Virus record (IMG/VR): IMGVR_UViG_3300031974_001881
Coordinates: 1 to 29,604 of that record
From: a virus
Lineage: Duplodnaviria; Caudoviricetes
Direction: 5' to 3' (one strand)
Length of the DNA: 29,604 nt
The position numbers and the translations under genes were made by a program. Shown piece by piece: positions 1 through 8,084 of this stretch; position 1 is the first letter of the stretch, and each line of letters starts with the position of its first letter. The notes beneath the pieces are model-generated. The model did no database searches. It was not told the origin of the DNA and saw only the letters and a program-made list of their open reading frames with translations.

Positions 1-1201
1 GACCTCCGCCACCGCCGGCACCGCCGCCACCTCCACCGAGACCTGAGCCTCCTGGATTTCCGTAACCTGTTCCACCACCTGATGGACCTTGTGTTCCTGA
101 TCCACCACCTTGACGAGCACCTCCGCCACCAGAACCTCCTGATCTTGGACCTTGATCCCAACTAGCACCACCACCGCCACCTTGAGCAGTTATGTTACCA
201 AATGTTGAGTTTGATCCTGGTTCTCCTGGATTACCTCTTCCAGTTCCTTGTGGACCACCGCCTCCAACATTACCACCTACGTTTCCACCTGGTGATACAG
301 GATAACTTGAGTGAGTTACCATACCTCCGGCACCTCCGCCTCCACCGATAGTAGTTCCACCACCACCGCCTCCTGCAACTACAAGAGCTCTTACAGCTGT
401 AAGACCTGATGGTACTGAAAATGTAAAACCACCACTTGTAAAGGTGTTGACAACTGGAGCTTGAACAACAATGTTGAATGATCTATCTGATGTATTTGTT
501 CCGTCTGAAACACGAATTGTAAATGTTGAAGTAGTATTACTACCAACTGCTGAAAGGTTACCTGATATTGTACCATTAGACGCCAATGAAGCACCTGAAG
601 GAAGAGAACCTGATTGTAAAGTGAAAGTTAGACCATCTCCATCTGGATCAGAAGCTGAAACAGTTGTTGAAAATCCTGATCTAGCGCCGTCAGCAACAGT
701 AGCGATAGTACCCGATGCTGTTGTAAAAGCAGGCGTAGCGTTAAAATTAATTTGGTTATCTAATTGTGCAAGTAAACCGGATTGTTTAACAACTTTTACA
801 TCGTAAGGTTCACCTGTATTATTAAAATTTGATCTGGCTACTGTAGCAGTTAATTGTGTATCACTATCAAGTGTTACTGTGCTAGCGTTAAAAGTTGAGG
901 CATCACTACCTATAAATGTAACTGTCATACCAGATAGATAGTTAGTACCTGTAATTACGATATCAACGTTTGTTGATCCTGATTCAGCAACGTTTGTAGG
1001 AGAAACGGATGAAATTGTAGGATCGGTATCTAATAAAACCCATGCGTTACCGTCATAGTATTCTAAAACACCAACTGTGCTATTATATCTAACTTTAGCA
1101 GTACCATCAACTCTTTGAGCTGTAGTACCCGAAGGAACAGTTATTGAATCTGTTCCTGTAAAAACTCTGTTTTTTCCTGTAAAATCTCTAAGATCACTCA
1201 T
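1..1201 (-). CDS. Putative tail-fibre tip/adhesin with IPT/TIG-like and cadherin/He_PIG-like Ig domains and a glycine-rich C-terminal domain (3' end outside window; not in ORF track)
   Basis: Manual translation from ATG at 1201: MSDLRDFTGKNRVFTGTDSITVPSGTTAQRVDG...PTISSVSPTNV...IVITGTNYLSGMTVTF...SASDPDGDGLTFTLQSGSLPSGASLASNGTISG...VRALVVAGGGGGGTTIGGGGGAGG..., no stop seen to the window edge. AGGAG RBS at 1211-1215 and TATAAATA at 1224-1231. Confidence 0.85.
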   Translation of the reverse strand, partial: MSDLRDFTGKNRVFTGTDSITVPSGTTAQRVDGTAKVRYNSTVGVLEYYDGNAWVLLDTDPTISSVSPTNVAESGSTNVDIVITGTNYLSGMTVTFIGSDASTFNASTVTLDSDTQLTATVARSNFNNTGEPYDVKVVKQSGLLAQLDNQINFNATPAFTTASGTIATVADGARSGFSTTVSASDPDGDGLTFTLQSGSLPSGASLASNGTISGNLSAVGSNTTSTFTIRVSDGTNTSDRSFNIVVQAPVVNTFTSGGFTFSVPSGLTAVRALVVAGGGGGGTTIGGGGGAGGMVTHSSYPVSPGGNVGGNVGGGGPQGTGRGNPGEPGSNSTFGNITAQGGGGGASWDQGPRSGGSGGGGARQGGGSGTQGPSGGGTGYGNPGGSGLGGGGGGAGGGGG

Positions 1202-1223
1202 TAATATTTTCTCCTACTTAATC

Positions 1224-1231
1224 TATTTATA
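1224..1231 (-). promoter_or_regulatory. T4-type late promoter TATAAATA overlapping the upstream stop codon
   Basis: Exact consensus (CTA TAA ATA) followed by AGGAG and ATG at 1201. Confidence 0.8.
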
Positions 1232-1700
1232 GTCCTGAAATTGTTAAAGCATTACTTAATTGTGCTGTTTTTCCAATTGGTTTATTAACTTTTACGTCAA
1301 AAGGACTAGTTAAACCACTAAATCCTGATTGTGCTACAACTGCTGTCAATTGTGTTGCGCTATTAAATGTTACTGTATCTGCTGATACTGAATTACTGCC
1401 TGTATCAATAAATGAAACTGTCATTCCTGAAGAAAAACCTGTTCCTGTTATTGTAATTGTAAAATTTCCTGATCCAGTATATGACACCGATGTTGGTGAA
1501 ATACTATCCACACCATGTTGAAATGAACCAAATGGAATAAAACCTGATCCTGTACCACACTCAGGTACTTTTGTTGTTGAATTAAATCTAAGTTTACCAG
1601 CTCCTGAAACTCTTTGAGCTGTTGTTCCTGATGGTATTGTTATTGAATCTGTTCCTGTAAATATTGAATTCTTCCTTGCAAAATCGTTTAAATTAGACAT
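1227..1700 (-). CDS. Short fibre/adhesin protein with IPT/TIG-like domain; paralog of the N-terminal ~150 aa of the 1..1201 ORF
   Basis: Start better placed at ATG 1700 (TAATG overlap with upstream stop; MSNLNDF aligns to MSDLRDF) than at 1724. Contains PSGTTAQR and SISPTSV...ITITGTGF motifs. Confidence 0.8.
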   Translation of the reverse strand: MSNLNDFARKNSIFTGTDSITIPSGTTAQRVSGAGKLRFNSTTKVPECGTGSGFIPFGSFQHGVDSISPTSVSYTGSGNFTITITGTGFSSGMTVSFIDTGSNSVSADTVTFNSATQLTAVVAQSGFSGLTSPFDVKVNKPIGKTAQLSNALTISGL

Positions 1701-2251
1701 TAGAAGTTCTCCGATAGTTTCCAACCGTAAGTTGAACCTGTATAAACTAATTCAACTGAAGCGTTTTCAATATTGATTACCAAATCCTCTGAAAGACCCA
1801 TAATTTTATGTCCGTTTTGTGCAAAGGTTAAATTATTTGTATCAAATGTACCTGCTAAATCTAAAGCTTTTACTATATCACCTACAGCAGGACTTGTAGG
1901 AACATTTACTGTAACAGCAGCTGAAGATGTATCTACAAAAAGTCTGTCGTTATTATTTGGTGTATATGGAGAATCTGTATTGTCTATAGATGTCCAAGGA
2001 TTACCTGAACCGCCAATACCAGCCCATACACTTCCATTATAACCTTCCCAAGTTGTTAGTGATGTATTAAATCTTATTACACCTTGACCTGGTGAACCTG
2101 CTCTTTGAGCAGTAGTACCTCTTGGTAATGGTAGTTCGCCTGTGCTACTATCAAAATCTGTTTTAGCAACTGTAACAGCGTCTGTAGCTACTTTATCTAC
2201 ACTAACTGCACTATCACTTATAGAATTAGTTTTTACTTTACTTAATGCCAT
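1700..2251 (-). CDS. Tail-fibre connector protein; C-terminal domain resembles the T4 gp34 N-terminal repeat type
   Basis: PRGTTAQR...GVIRFNT...EGYNGSVW motif; C-terminal DRLFVDTSSAAVTVNVPTSPAVGDIV...FDTNNLTF...LVY...GW domain shared with 4744..8046. Confidence 0.7.
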   Translation of the reverse strand: MALSKVKTNSISDSAVSVDKVATDAVTVAKTDFDSSTGELPLPRGTTAQRAGSPGQGVIRFNTSLTTWEGYNGSVWAGIGGSGNPWTSIDNTDSPYTPNNNDRLFVDTSSAAVTVNVPTSPAVGDIVKALDLAGTFDTNNLTFAQNGHKIMGLSEDLVINIENASVELVYTGSTYGWKLSENF

Positions 2252-2267
2252 ATTTGTTCCTTAGTAA

Positions 2268-2275
2268 TATTTATA
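2268..2275 (-). promoter_or_regulatory. T4-type late promoter TATAAATA
   Basis: Exact consensus in the gap after gp15, followed by AAGGA RBS. Confidence 0.85.
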
Positions 2276-2278
2276 CGA

Positions 2279-3082
2279 TTACTCATCACTATCTGTAGTA
2301 TTATTATATTTTTTAGAGTCATCAAATTGTTGTATGGTGGTTGTAAAACCAAAGTCATCGTCAGCGTCAGCGCTTGTAGGACTAGGTACAACTATAATTC
2401 TCTCTTCTCTCTTACTTGTACTATCTGTATCTGTATATAGATCGGACTGAGTTTGTTTAATAACTTTCTGAGTACCAGCAGGACCAAATAAGTAAGTTTT
2501 TGCTGTAAAATTTAATGTGTAAATAACAGCTCTTCTTCGTGTAAAACTGCCATCATAAGAATCATCAAAAGCAACATTATTTAAAATAATAGGTACATCT
2601 CTTTTAATATTCATTTCAGGTATTTGATTTATAGTTACTGTATAGTCTGGTTGAAAGTATGGTAATATTTGTTCTACTATTTGTAATCCACTTTCAGCAG
2701 TTGCCGTAAATATATGTAAAGAGTATGACATATTGTATGGAACTGGTGTATAATTAAAATTTAATATCTTACCATCAGTACTTGATTTAACTGTTTTAAA
2801 TTTTTGTATTCTTGTCAACTTTCTACTACCATCATAAGTTATACCTGTAATTTCAAATGACATACGAGGTAAAGTAATTGCCATTTCTCTTTCGTCTAAA
2901 CTTGCTTGTTCATCTAATCTTACTAAAAATTTTTCTTTAGGTGCATATGCTAAAGGTACTTTAATAGATTGAATAACACTACCACTACTATTCTTTTTTT
3001 TGATTTGTATGTTATTAAAGATTTGACCAAACGCAACGGTCATCTTTCTCATACCTTCGTTATAAAAATAATTACCAAACAT
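2279..3082 (-). CDS. gp15: Tail sheath stabilizer and completion protein
   Basis: MFGNYFYNEG.RK..VAFG..FNNI, IKVPLAYAPKEKFL, LPRMSFE, QIVEQILPYFQP motifs; follows gp13 and gp14. Confidence 0.95.
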   Translation of the reverse strand: MFGNYFYNEGMRKMTVAFGQIFNNIQIKKKNSSGSVIQSIKVPLAYAPKEKFLVRLDEQASLDEREMAITLPRMSFEITGITYDGSRKLTRIQKFKTVKSSTDGKILNFNYTPVPYNMSYSLHIFTATAESGLQIVEQILPYFQPDYTVTINQIPEMNIKRDVPIILNNVAFDDSYDGSFTRRRAVIYTLNFTAKTYLFGPAGTQKVIKQTQSDLYTDTDSTSKREERIIVVPSPTSADADDDFGFTTTIQQFDDSKKYNNTTDSDE

Positions 3083-3876
3083 TAAATAATACCTCCATCA
3101 ACATCACCAAAAGGATTTCTTTCTGTGAAGTCTAAAATATCATCAGCAGTAGAAGCTGTATCAAAACCTGCCTCTGTATCTAAATCAATATTATCAGCAT
3201 ACGGTGATTGTGTTTGTAAATCATATGTTTCTAATAACATATAGTTTACATCACCACTTGCACTATCATTTTCTAATACGATTGAACCTGTTTCAGCTTC
3301 AAGTGTAACTTGATGAGCTAATTGATCTAAACTGTATTGATCTTCAGCAGTATCAATATCTGTAACACCTGTATTAAGTTGTTCAGATGAATACTCCCAA
3401 CGAGTACATCTTAATTTGTAAACCGGTAATTGACCTAATTGAAAGAAAGGTTCCTGATCTTCAACAAATTGTATTTCAAAAAAACTATTCATTAAAGGCA
3501 TATAAATTATATCACCCTCATTTGGTCTTCCTTCTTTTATTAATGTATGCTGTGAGTCAACTTGATCTTGCCATCTTCTTTTTGAAACCATAAAGGTTGT
3601 GTCTTCTCTGATTTCTAATCCAAATTTATTAATTAATTCTTGGTCTCCTGCAAAACCCTCAGTAGTTTCCATATACATTTCAATTAGATACGAGTCATCA
3701 AATTTAGAAGACATATCTTCTCCTAAAATTAAATCTTGGTTAACTAATGTTCTTGGTAAATAGTAAACGTCTTTGCCATAAATCTTTAGGCCTTCGACAA
3801 TTAAATCTTCGTGTAATCTTTTTTCGGCTGTGTTGCCTATACCGTTTCCACTTTGAAAGTAATGATTGACCGGCAT
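3082..3876 (-). CDS. gp14: Neck protein
   Basis: EDLIVEGLKIYGKDVYYLPR, KFGLEIRED, RPNEGDIIY, EDQEPFFQLG, DFTERNPFG motifs; TAATG overlap with gp15. Confidence 0.95.
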   Translation of the reverse strand: MPVNHYFQSGNGIGNTAEKRLHEDLIVEGLKIYGKDVYYLPRTLVNQDLILGEDMSSKFDDSYLIEMYMETTEGFAGDQELINKFGLEIREDTTFMVSKRRWQDQVDSQHTLIKEGRPNEGDIIYMPLMNSFFEIQFVEDQEPFFQLGQLPVYKLRCTRWEYSSEQLNTGVTDIDTAEDQYSLDQLAHQVTLEAETGSIVLENDSASGDVNYMLLETYDLQTQSPYADNIDLDTEAGFDTASTADDILDFTERNPFGDVDGGII

Positions 3877-3880
3877 GGCA

Positions 3881-4693
3881 TTATCCTATCATCATTGCTG
3901 GGTTTAACTCGAATGTTGATCTGATTTCTGTTTCTAATTTTTCTATATCCTGTAATGCTTGGGAATATATTTCCTGACCATTTAATGATACACCACCTAA
4001 CATAGCAACACCATTAAATTTAGATAAGTTAGCGCCCCATTGTTTTTTAAATAAAGCAACTGTATATCTTTTTAAATATATGTCATTAAATACGTCTGTA
4101 AAAACTGTGGGGTCTAATTTTCTATAAGCTTCTATAACAATATATTCGTCTGTTGCTAAATCGTTAGTCCAATCCATATCAATGTATAGTCTATTTTCAT
4201 GTTGATTAAATCTAATAGGTTTTTCACCTACTAATATGTGGTCTAAAAAATCTAAATGTCTTAATACCACATCGTAATTTATAATTGATGTAGATGAAAA
4301 GTCATATAGATCGTTTAATCTTAATTGATATCTTACATCAAATAAGTTTAGATTACCTTTGTTGGAAAAGGGAAATATGTTTATAACTGAAACTATAGAT
4401 TCTGGTGTAACCAAGTAATTATTATCTTCATACCAAGTTGTCGATACACTATCCTGTGTAGCTGTTTCCGATTCTGGATTTTTGGCAGATAAACGAGTCT
4501 TATCAGCAGATGTTAATTTATATTTTAGATAACATCTTTTGATACCGTCATAATGGTATTGAGAGAAGAATTGTAAAGCCTCATCAATCCTATCTTCTAA
4601 TTGACTATCATCGGCATTTATTTCAATGACAGGCTTTCCTAATGCTCTCAAAGCATATTGTTTTAATGTTTCTCTGGTACTTGGTGTTGCCAT
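3881..4693 (-). CDS. gp13: Neck protein
   Basis: LKQYALRALGKPVIEIN...QLEDRIDEALQFF..YHYDG; KKQWGANLSKFNGV.MLGGVSLNG. Confidence 0.95.
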   Translation of the reverse strand: MATPSTRETLKQYALRALGKPVIEINADDSQLEDRIDEALQFFSQYHYDGIKRCYLKYKLTSADKTRLSAKNPESETATQDSVSTTWYEDNNYLVTPESIVSVINIFPFSNKGNLNLFDVRYQLRLNDLYDFSSTSIINYDVVLRHLDFLDHILVGEKPIRFNQHENRLYIDMDWTNDLATDEYIVIEAYRKLDPTVFTDVFNDIYLKRYTVALFKKQWGANLSKFNGVAMLGGVSLNGQEIYSQALQDIEKLETEIRSTFELNPAMMIG

Positions 4694-4719
4694 TTTTTAC
4701 CTTTTAAGTTATTCAGTAA

Positions 4720-4727
4720 TATTTATA
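4720..4727 (-). promoter_or_regulatory. T4-type late promoter TATAAATA in the loop of an RBS-covering inverted repeat (about 4697-4740)
   Basis: Exact consensus; flanking arms TTACCTGTTA / TAAAAGGTAA on the minus strand. Confidence 0.85.
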
Positions 4728-4743
4728 ATATAACAGGTAACTA

Positions 4744-7700
4744 TTAGATGTTTTCAGTCAACAACCAACCTTGTGTAGTGTCAACGTAAACTAAACCTAT
4801 TGACGCTCTTTCAGTTGAAACTGTCATATCCGCAGCTGATCCCATAATATTTTTACCATTTCTAGCAACTGTGATATTGTTTGTATCTGCTGTTCCAGCA
4901 TAATCAACAATACGAACTTCATCTCCTATACTTGGAGAACTAGGTAGAGTAACAGTTATTGCAGCTGATGTAGTATTTACAAAATAACCCTCACCAGCAA
5001 CTGCTGTGAAAGCAGATGTTTTAACTGCTTGCCAATCAGTACCTGCTGATATAGTAGCACTACCACCTAATGAAACGGAAGATCCGTTAATAGTAATAGA
5101 TGAGTTAGTTAGTGAACTATTGCCAATATTTGATAATGTGTTACTTGAACCACTTATTGTTTTATTCGTTAATGTTTGAGTGCTTGTTAATAATGCGATA
5201 GCACTTGTATTAGATAAATCAGTTGAAGCGATTGTGATATTGCCTGTACCATCAAAACTTTTACCAGCAATTGTTCTTGCTGTTTCTAATGCTGTTGCTG
5301 TAGCTGCATTTCCTGATGTGTCTTGGTTACCTGAAGTATTAACACCTGGTAAGTTAATGTTAGCAGAACCATTAAATGAAACACCACCTATTGTTCTAGC
5401 TGTAGCAAGAGTTGTTGCTGTGTCAGCGTTACCAGTAACATCACCAGTAATATTACCTGTGAATGTACCAGCGATTGCACCAGTACCTGTGATTGTAGGA
5501 CTAGTTAAAGTTTTGTTTGTAAGTGTTTGTGTAGAAGTTAATAATACAATAGCACTTGTGTTAGATAAATCTGTACTTGCAATTGTTATATTAGCACTAC
5601 CATCAAATGATTGACCAGCAATTGTTCTAGCAGTTGCAAGTGTAGTCGCTGTATCAGCGTTACCTGTTACATCACCAGTAATATTACCAGTAAATGTTCC
5701 TGCAATTGCACCAGTACCTGTAATTGTAGGACTAGTTAATGTCTTATTAGTTAATGTTTGAGTACTTGTTAATAATACAATATCACTTGTATTAGATAAG
5801 TCAGTTGAAGCGATAGTAATATTAGCACTACCATCAAATGATTGTCCTGCAATTGTTCTAGCAGTTGCTAAAGTAGTTGCTGTGTCAGCGTTTCCTGTTA
5901 CATCACCTGTTATGTTACCCTCAACGTTTGCAACTAATGTTCCTGTTGTTATTGTTAAATTTCCTGTGCTTGAAGCAGTCGCTGTTGTAGTACCTACTGT
6001 AAATTTATCTGCACTTTCGTCCCATGCTATAATAGCGTTATCGCCTGTAGAACCTCTTTCAATTAAAATACCAGTATCGTTAGCGTTTGAACCTGCGCCT
6101 GAGTTTAATTCTATTAAATTATCTGTAATAGTTGTATTTGTTGATGAAACTGTTGTAGTTGCACCGTTAACTGTAAGATTACCACTTAATGTTAAGTTAG
6201 CAAATGAAACATTGTCACTAGTTGATAGTGATTGGTTTGTATCGGATAAATCTGTAGCAGCTATTGTAATATTAGCAGAACCATCGAATGATTGACCAGC
6301 AATTGTTCTAGCAGTTGCTAATGTTGTTGCTGTATCAGCATTACCTGTAACATCACCAGTAATATTACCAGTAAATGTACCAGCGATTGCGCCTGTACCT
6401 GTAATAGTAGGTGACGTTAATGTTTTATTAGTTAAAGTTTGTGTAGAAGTTAATAATACAACATCACTTGTGTTTGATAAATCTGTTGAAGCGATAGTTA
6501 TGTTTGCTGAACCATCGAAACTTTGACCAGCAATTGTTCTTGCTGTAGCAAGAGTTGTTGCCGTATCGGCATTACCTGTTACATCTCCAGTAATGTCACC
6601 AGTAAATGTACCAGCGATTGCACCAGTACCTGTAATGGTAGGACTTGTTAATGTTTTGTTTGTAAGTGTTTGTGTACCTGTTAGTGTAGTAACAGTACTA
6701 TCAATATTCAATGTAATGGTATCAGTTGTCGCTGTTGACGATAATCCAGTACCACCTGCAATTGTAAATGTATCTGTACCGACTGTAATTGTATCTGTGC
6801 CTGAATCACCAGCAATTGACATATCAGACGATATAGCTGTTGTACTTGCAGCTGTTAATCTACCTTGTTGGTCTACTGTAAATGTAGGAATAGCAGTTGA
6901 CGAACCATAAGAACCTGGTGTAACAGCTGTGTCATTTAAATCTATTGATACTGTATCTCCGGTTATTGCTGTTGTGATACCTGTATCACCAGCAATTTTT
7001 AGTGTGTCTGTTAAAAGTGAAATAGTTGCACTTGTTGAACTGTCATCAACTATTGTTAAATCTGTAGCAACGTTAGCTGTACCTGCAGCCGTTAATCGTC
7101 CTTGTGCATCAACTGTAAAAGTTGGTATTGCTGTAGCAGAACCATAAGAACCTGCTGAAACAGCTGTGTTGTCTAATGTTACTGTTACAGTATTTCCAGA
7201 ACCTGAAGTAGTAATAGCAGTTCCACCAGCAATAGTAAATGTTTCACTATCTAAATCAATTGATAATGCACCACCAGAGTCACCTTGGAAGTCTAAATCA
7301 GAAGCTGTAACTTGAGCGTCAACATATGCCTTAATTGATTGTTGAGTTGCAAGTTGTGTATTAGAATTAGAAGTCATATCGTCTTCATCTAATACGGCAG
7401 TTCCAGAAACTCCTGTATTTAATACAGCACTTGTTAAAGTTTTATTAGTTAAAGTTTCAGAACCTGTTAATGAAACAAAACTATCACTTTGTAATGCTGA
7501 ATTAAATTCACTTAATGAACCTGTTAGAGTATTATTTCCTAAATCAATAGACTTATTTGTTAAAGTATCTGTAGTGTCTTTTAATACGATAGTACCTGTC
7601 GCATTTGGTAACGTAATTGTTCTATCAGCTGTAGGGTCTGTAACTGTTAAAATAGTTTCAAAATCATCAGAGGTACTACCTTCAAATCTAAAAGCATTTT

Positions 7701-8046
7701 GTACATCAATAGTACTAGCATTAATTGTAGTCGTTGAACCTTGTACTGTTAAATTACCAGTTATTGTTGCGTTACCACCTACTGATAATGCACCTGAAAT
7801 ATCAACACCTTCATTAATTTGAATTTGTGTTGAATCGGATGTTGAAATCGATGTTCCTGAAATTAACAGAGATGATGATTGAACTGCACTTGTTCCATTA
7901 CCTGTTAAAATTGCGTTTGCTGTATGTGTAACAGCACCTGTACCACCAAACTCTACAGCGATAAATTCTCCTGTTTGAAATTCGGCTAATCCTGTAGCGT
8001 TATTACTACCGTCAAATACTGTTCTGATTGGTGTTTTTGCTGTCAT
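4744..8046 (-). CDS. Long tail-fibre protein (1100 aa) with 77-aa repeats
   Basis: Thr/Gly/Ser-rich; TLTNKT repeats; six GNA.TAT.L.TARTI modules; gp34-like C-terminal domain. Confidence 0.85.
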   Translation of the reverse strand: MTAKTPIRTVFDGSNNATGLAEFQTGEFIAVEFGGTGAVTHTANAILTGNGTSAVQSSSLLISGTSISTSDSTQIQINEGVDISGALSVGGNATITGNLTVQGSTTTINASTIDVQNAFRFEGSTSDDFETILTVTDPTADRTITLPNATGTIVLKDTTDTLTNKSIDLGNNTLTGSLSEFNSALQSDSFVSLTGSETLTNKTLTSAVLNTGVSGTAVLDEDDMTSNSNTQLATQQSIKAYVDAQVTASDLDFQGDSGGALSIDLDSETFTIAGGTAITTSGSGNTVTVTLDNTAVSAGSYGSATAIPTFTVDAQGRLTAAGTANVATDLTIVDDSSTSATISLLTDTLKIAGDTGITTAITGDTVSIDLNDTAVTPGSYGSSTAIPTFTVDQQGRLTAASTTAISSDMSIAGDSGTDTITVGTDTFTIAGGTGLSSTATTDTITLNIDSTVTTLTGTQTLTNKTLTSPTITGTGAIAGTFTGDITGDVTGNADTATTLATARTIAGQSFDGSANITIASTDLSNTSDVVLLTSTQTLTNKTLTSPTITGTGAIAGTFTGNITGDVTGNADTATTLATARTIAGQSFDGSANITIAATDLSDTNQSLSTSDNVSFANLTLSGNLTVNGATTTVSSTNTTITDNLIELNSGAGSNANDTGILIERGSTGDNAIIAWDESADKFTVGTTTATASSTGNLTITTGTLVANVEGNITGDVTGNADTATTLATARTIAGQSFDGSANITIASTDLSNTSDIVLLTSTQTLTNKTLTSPTITGTGAIAGTFTGNITGDVTGNADTATTLATARTIAGQSFDGSANITIASTDLSNTSAIVLLTSTQTLTNKTLTSPTITGTGAIAGTFTGNITGDVTGNADTATTLATARTIGGVSFNGSANINLPGVNTSGNQDTSGNAATATALETARTIAGKSFDGTGNITIASTDLSNTSAIALLTSTQTLTNKTISGSSNTLSNIGNSSLTNSSITINGSSVSLGGSATISAGTDWQAVKTSAFTAVAGEGYFVNTTSAAITVTLPSSPSIGDEVRIVDYAGTADTNNITVARNGKNIMGSAADMTVSTERASIGLVYVDTTQGWLLTENI
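5220..6670 (-). repeat. Intragenic 231-bp (77-aa) repeat units, in two blocks separated by a unique segment
   Basis: Equivalent positions at 6611/6380 and 5699/5468 are each 231 bp apart; unit TQTLTNKTLTSPTITGTGAIAGTFTG.ITGDVTGNADTATTLATARTIAGQSFDGSANITIASTDLSNTS..VLLTS. Boundaries approximate. Confidence 0.9.
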
Positions 8047-8058
8047 ATCTTTTTATCC

Positions 8059-8072
8059 TATTTATATTTATA
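8059..8072 (-). promoter_or_regulatory. Two overlapping T4-type late promoters (TATAAATATAAATA)
   Basis: Exact consensus at 8065-8072 and 8059-8066, directly upstream of AGGA and ATG 8046. Confidence 0.8.
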
Positions 8073-8084
8073 ACCTTTCCTTCA

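Noticed and set aside
391-594. 67-aa minus-strand ORF (and similarly 19055..19261)
   Set aside because: Out-of-frame ORFs nested in longer same-strand genes
1701-1724. N-terminal extension METIGELL in the ORF track
   Set aside because: Paralog alignment and the TAATG overlap support the start at 1700
5220-6670. Possible CRISPR array or non-coding repeat
   Set aside because: Units are 231 bp, in frame, and vary mainly at synonymous sites; no repeat-spacer structure
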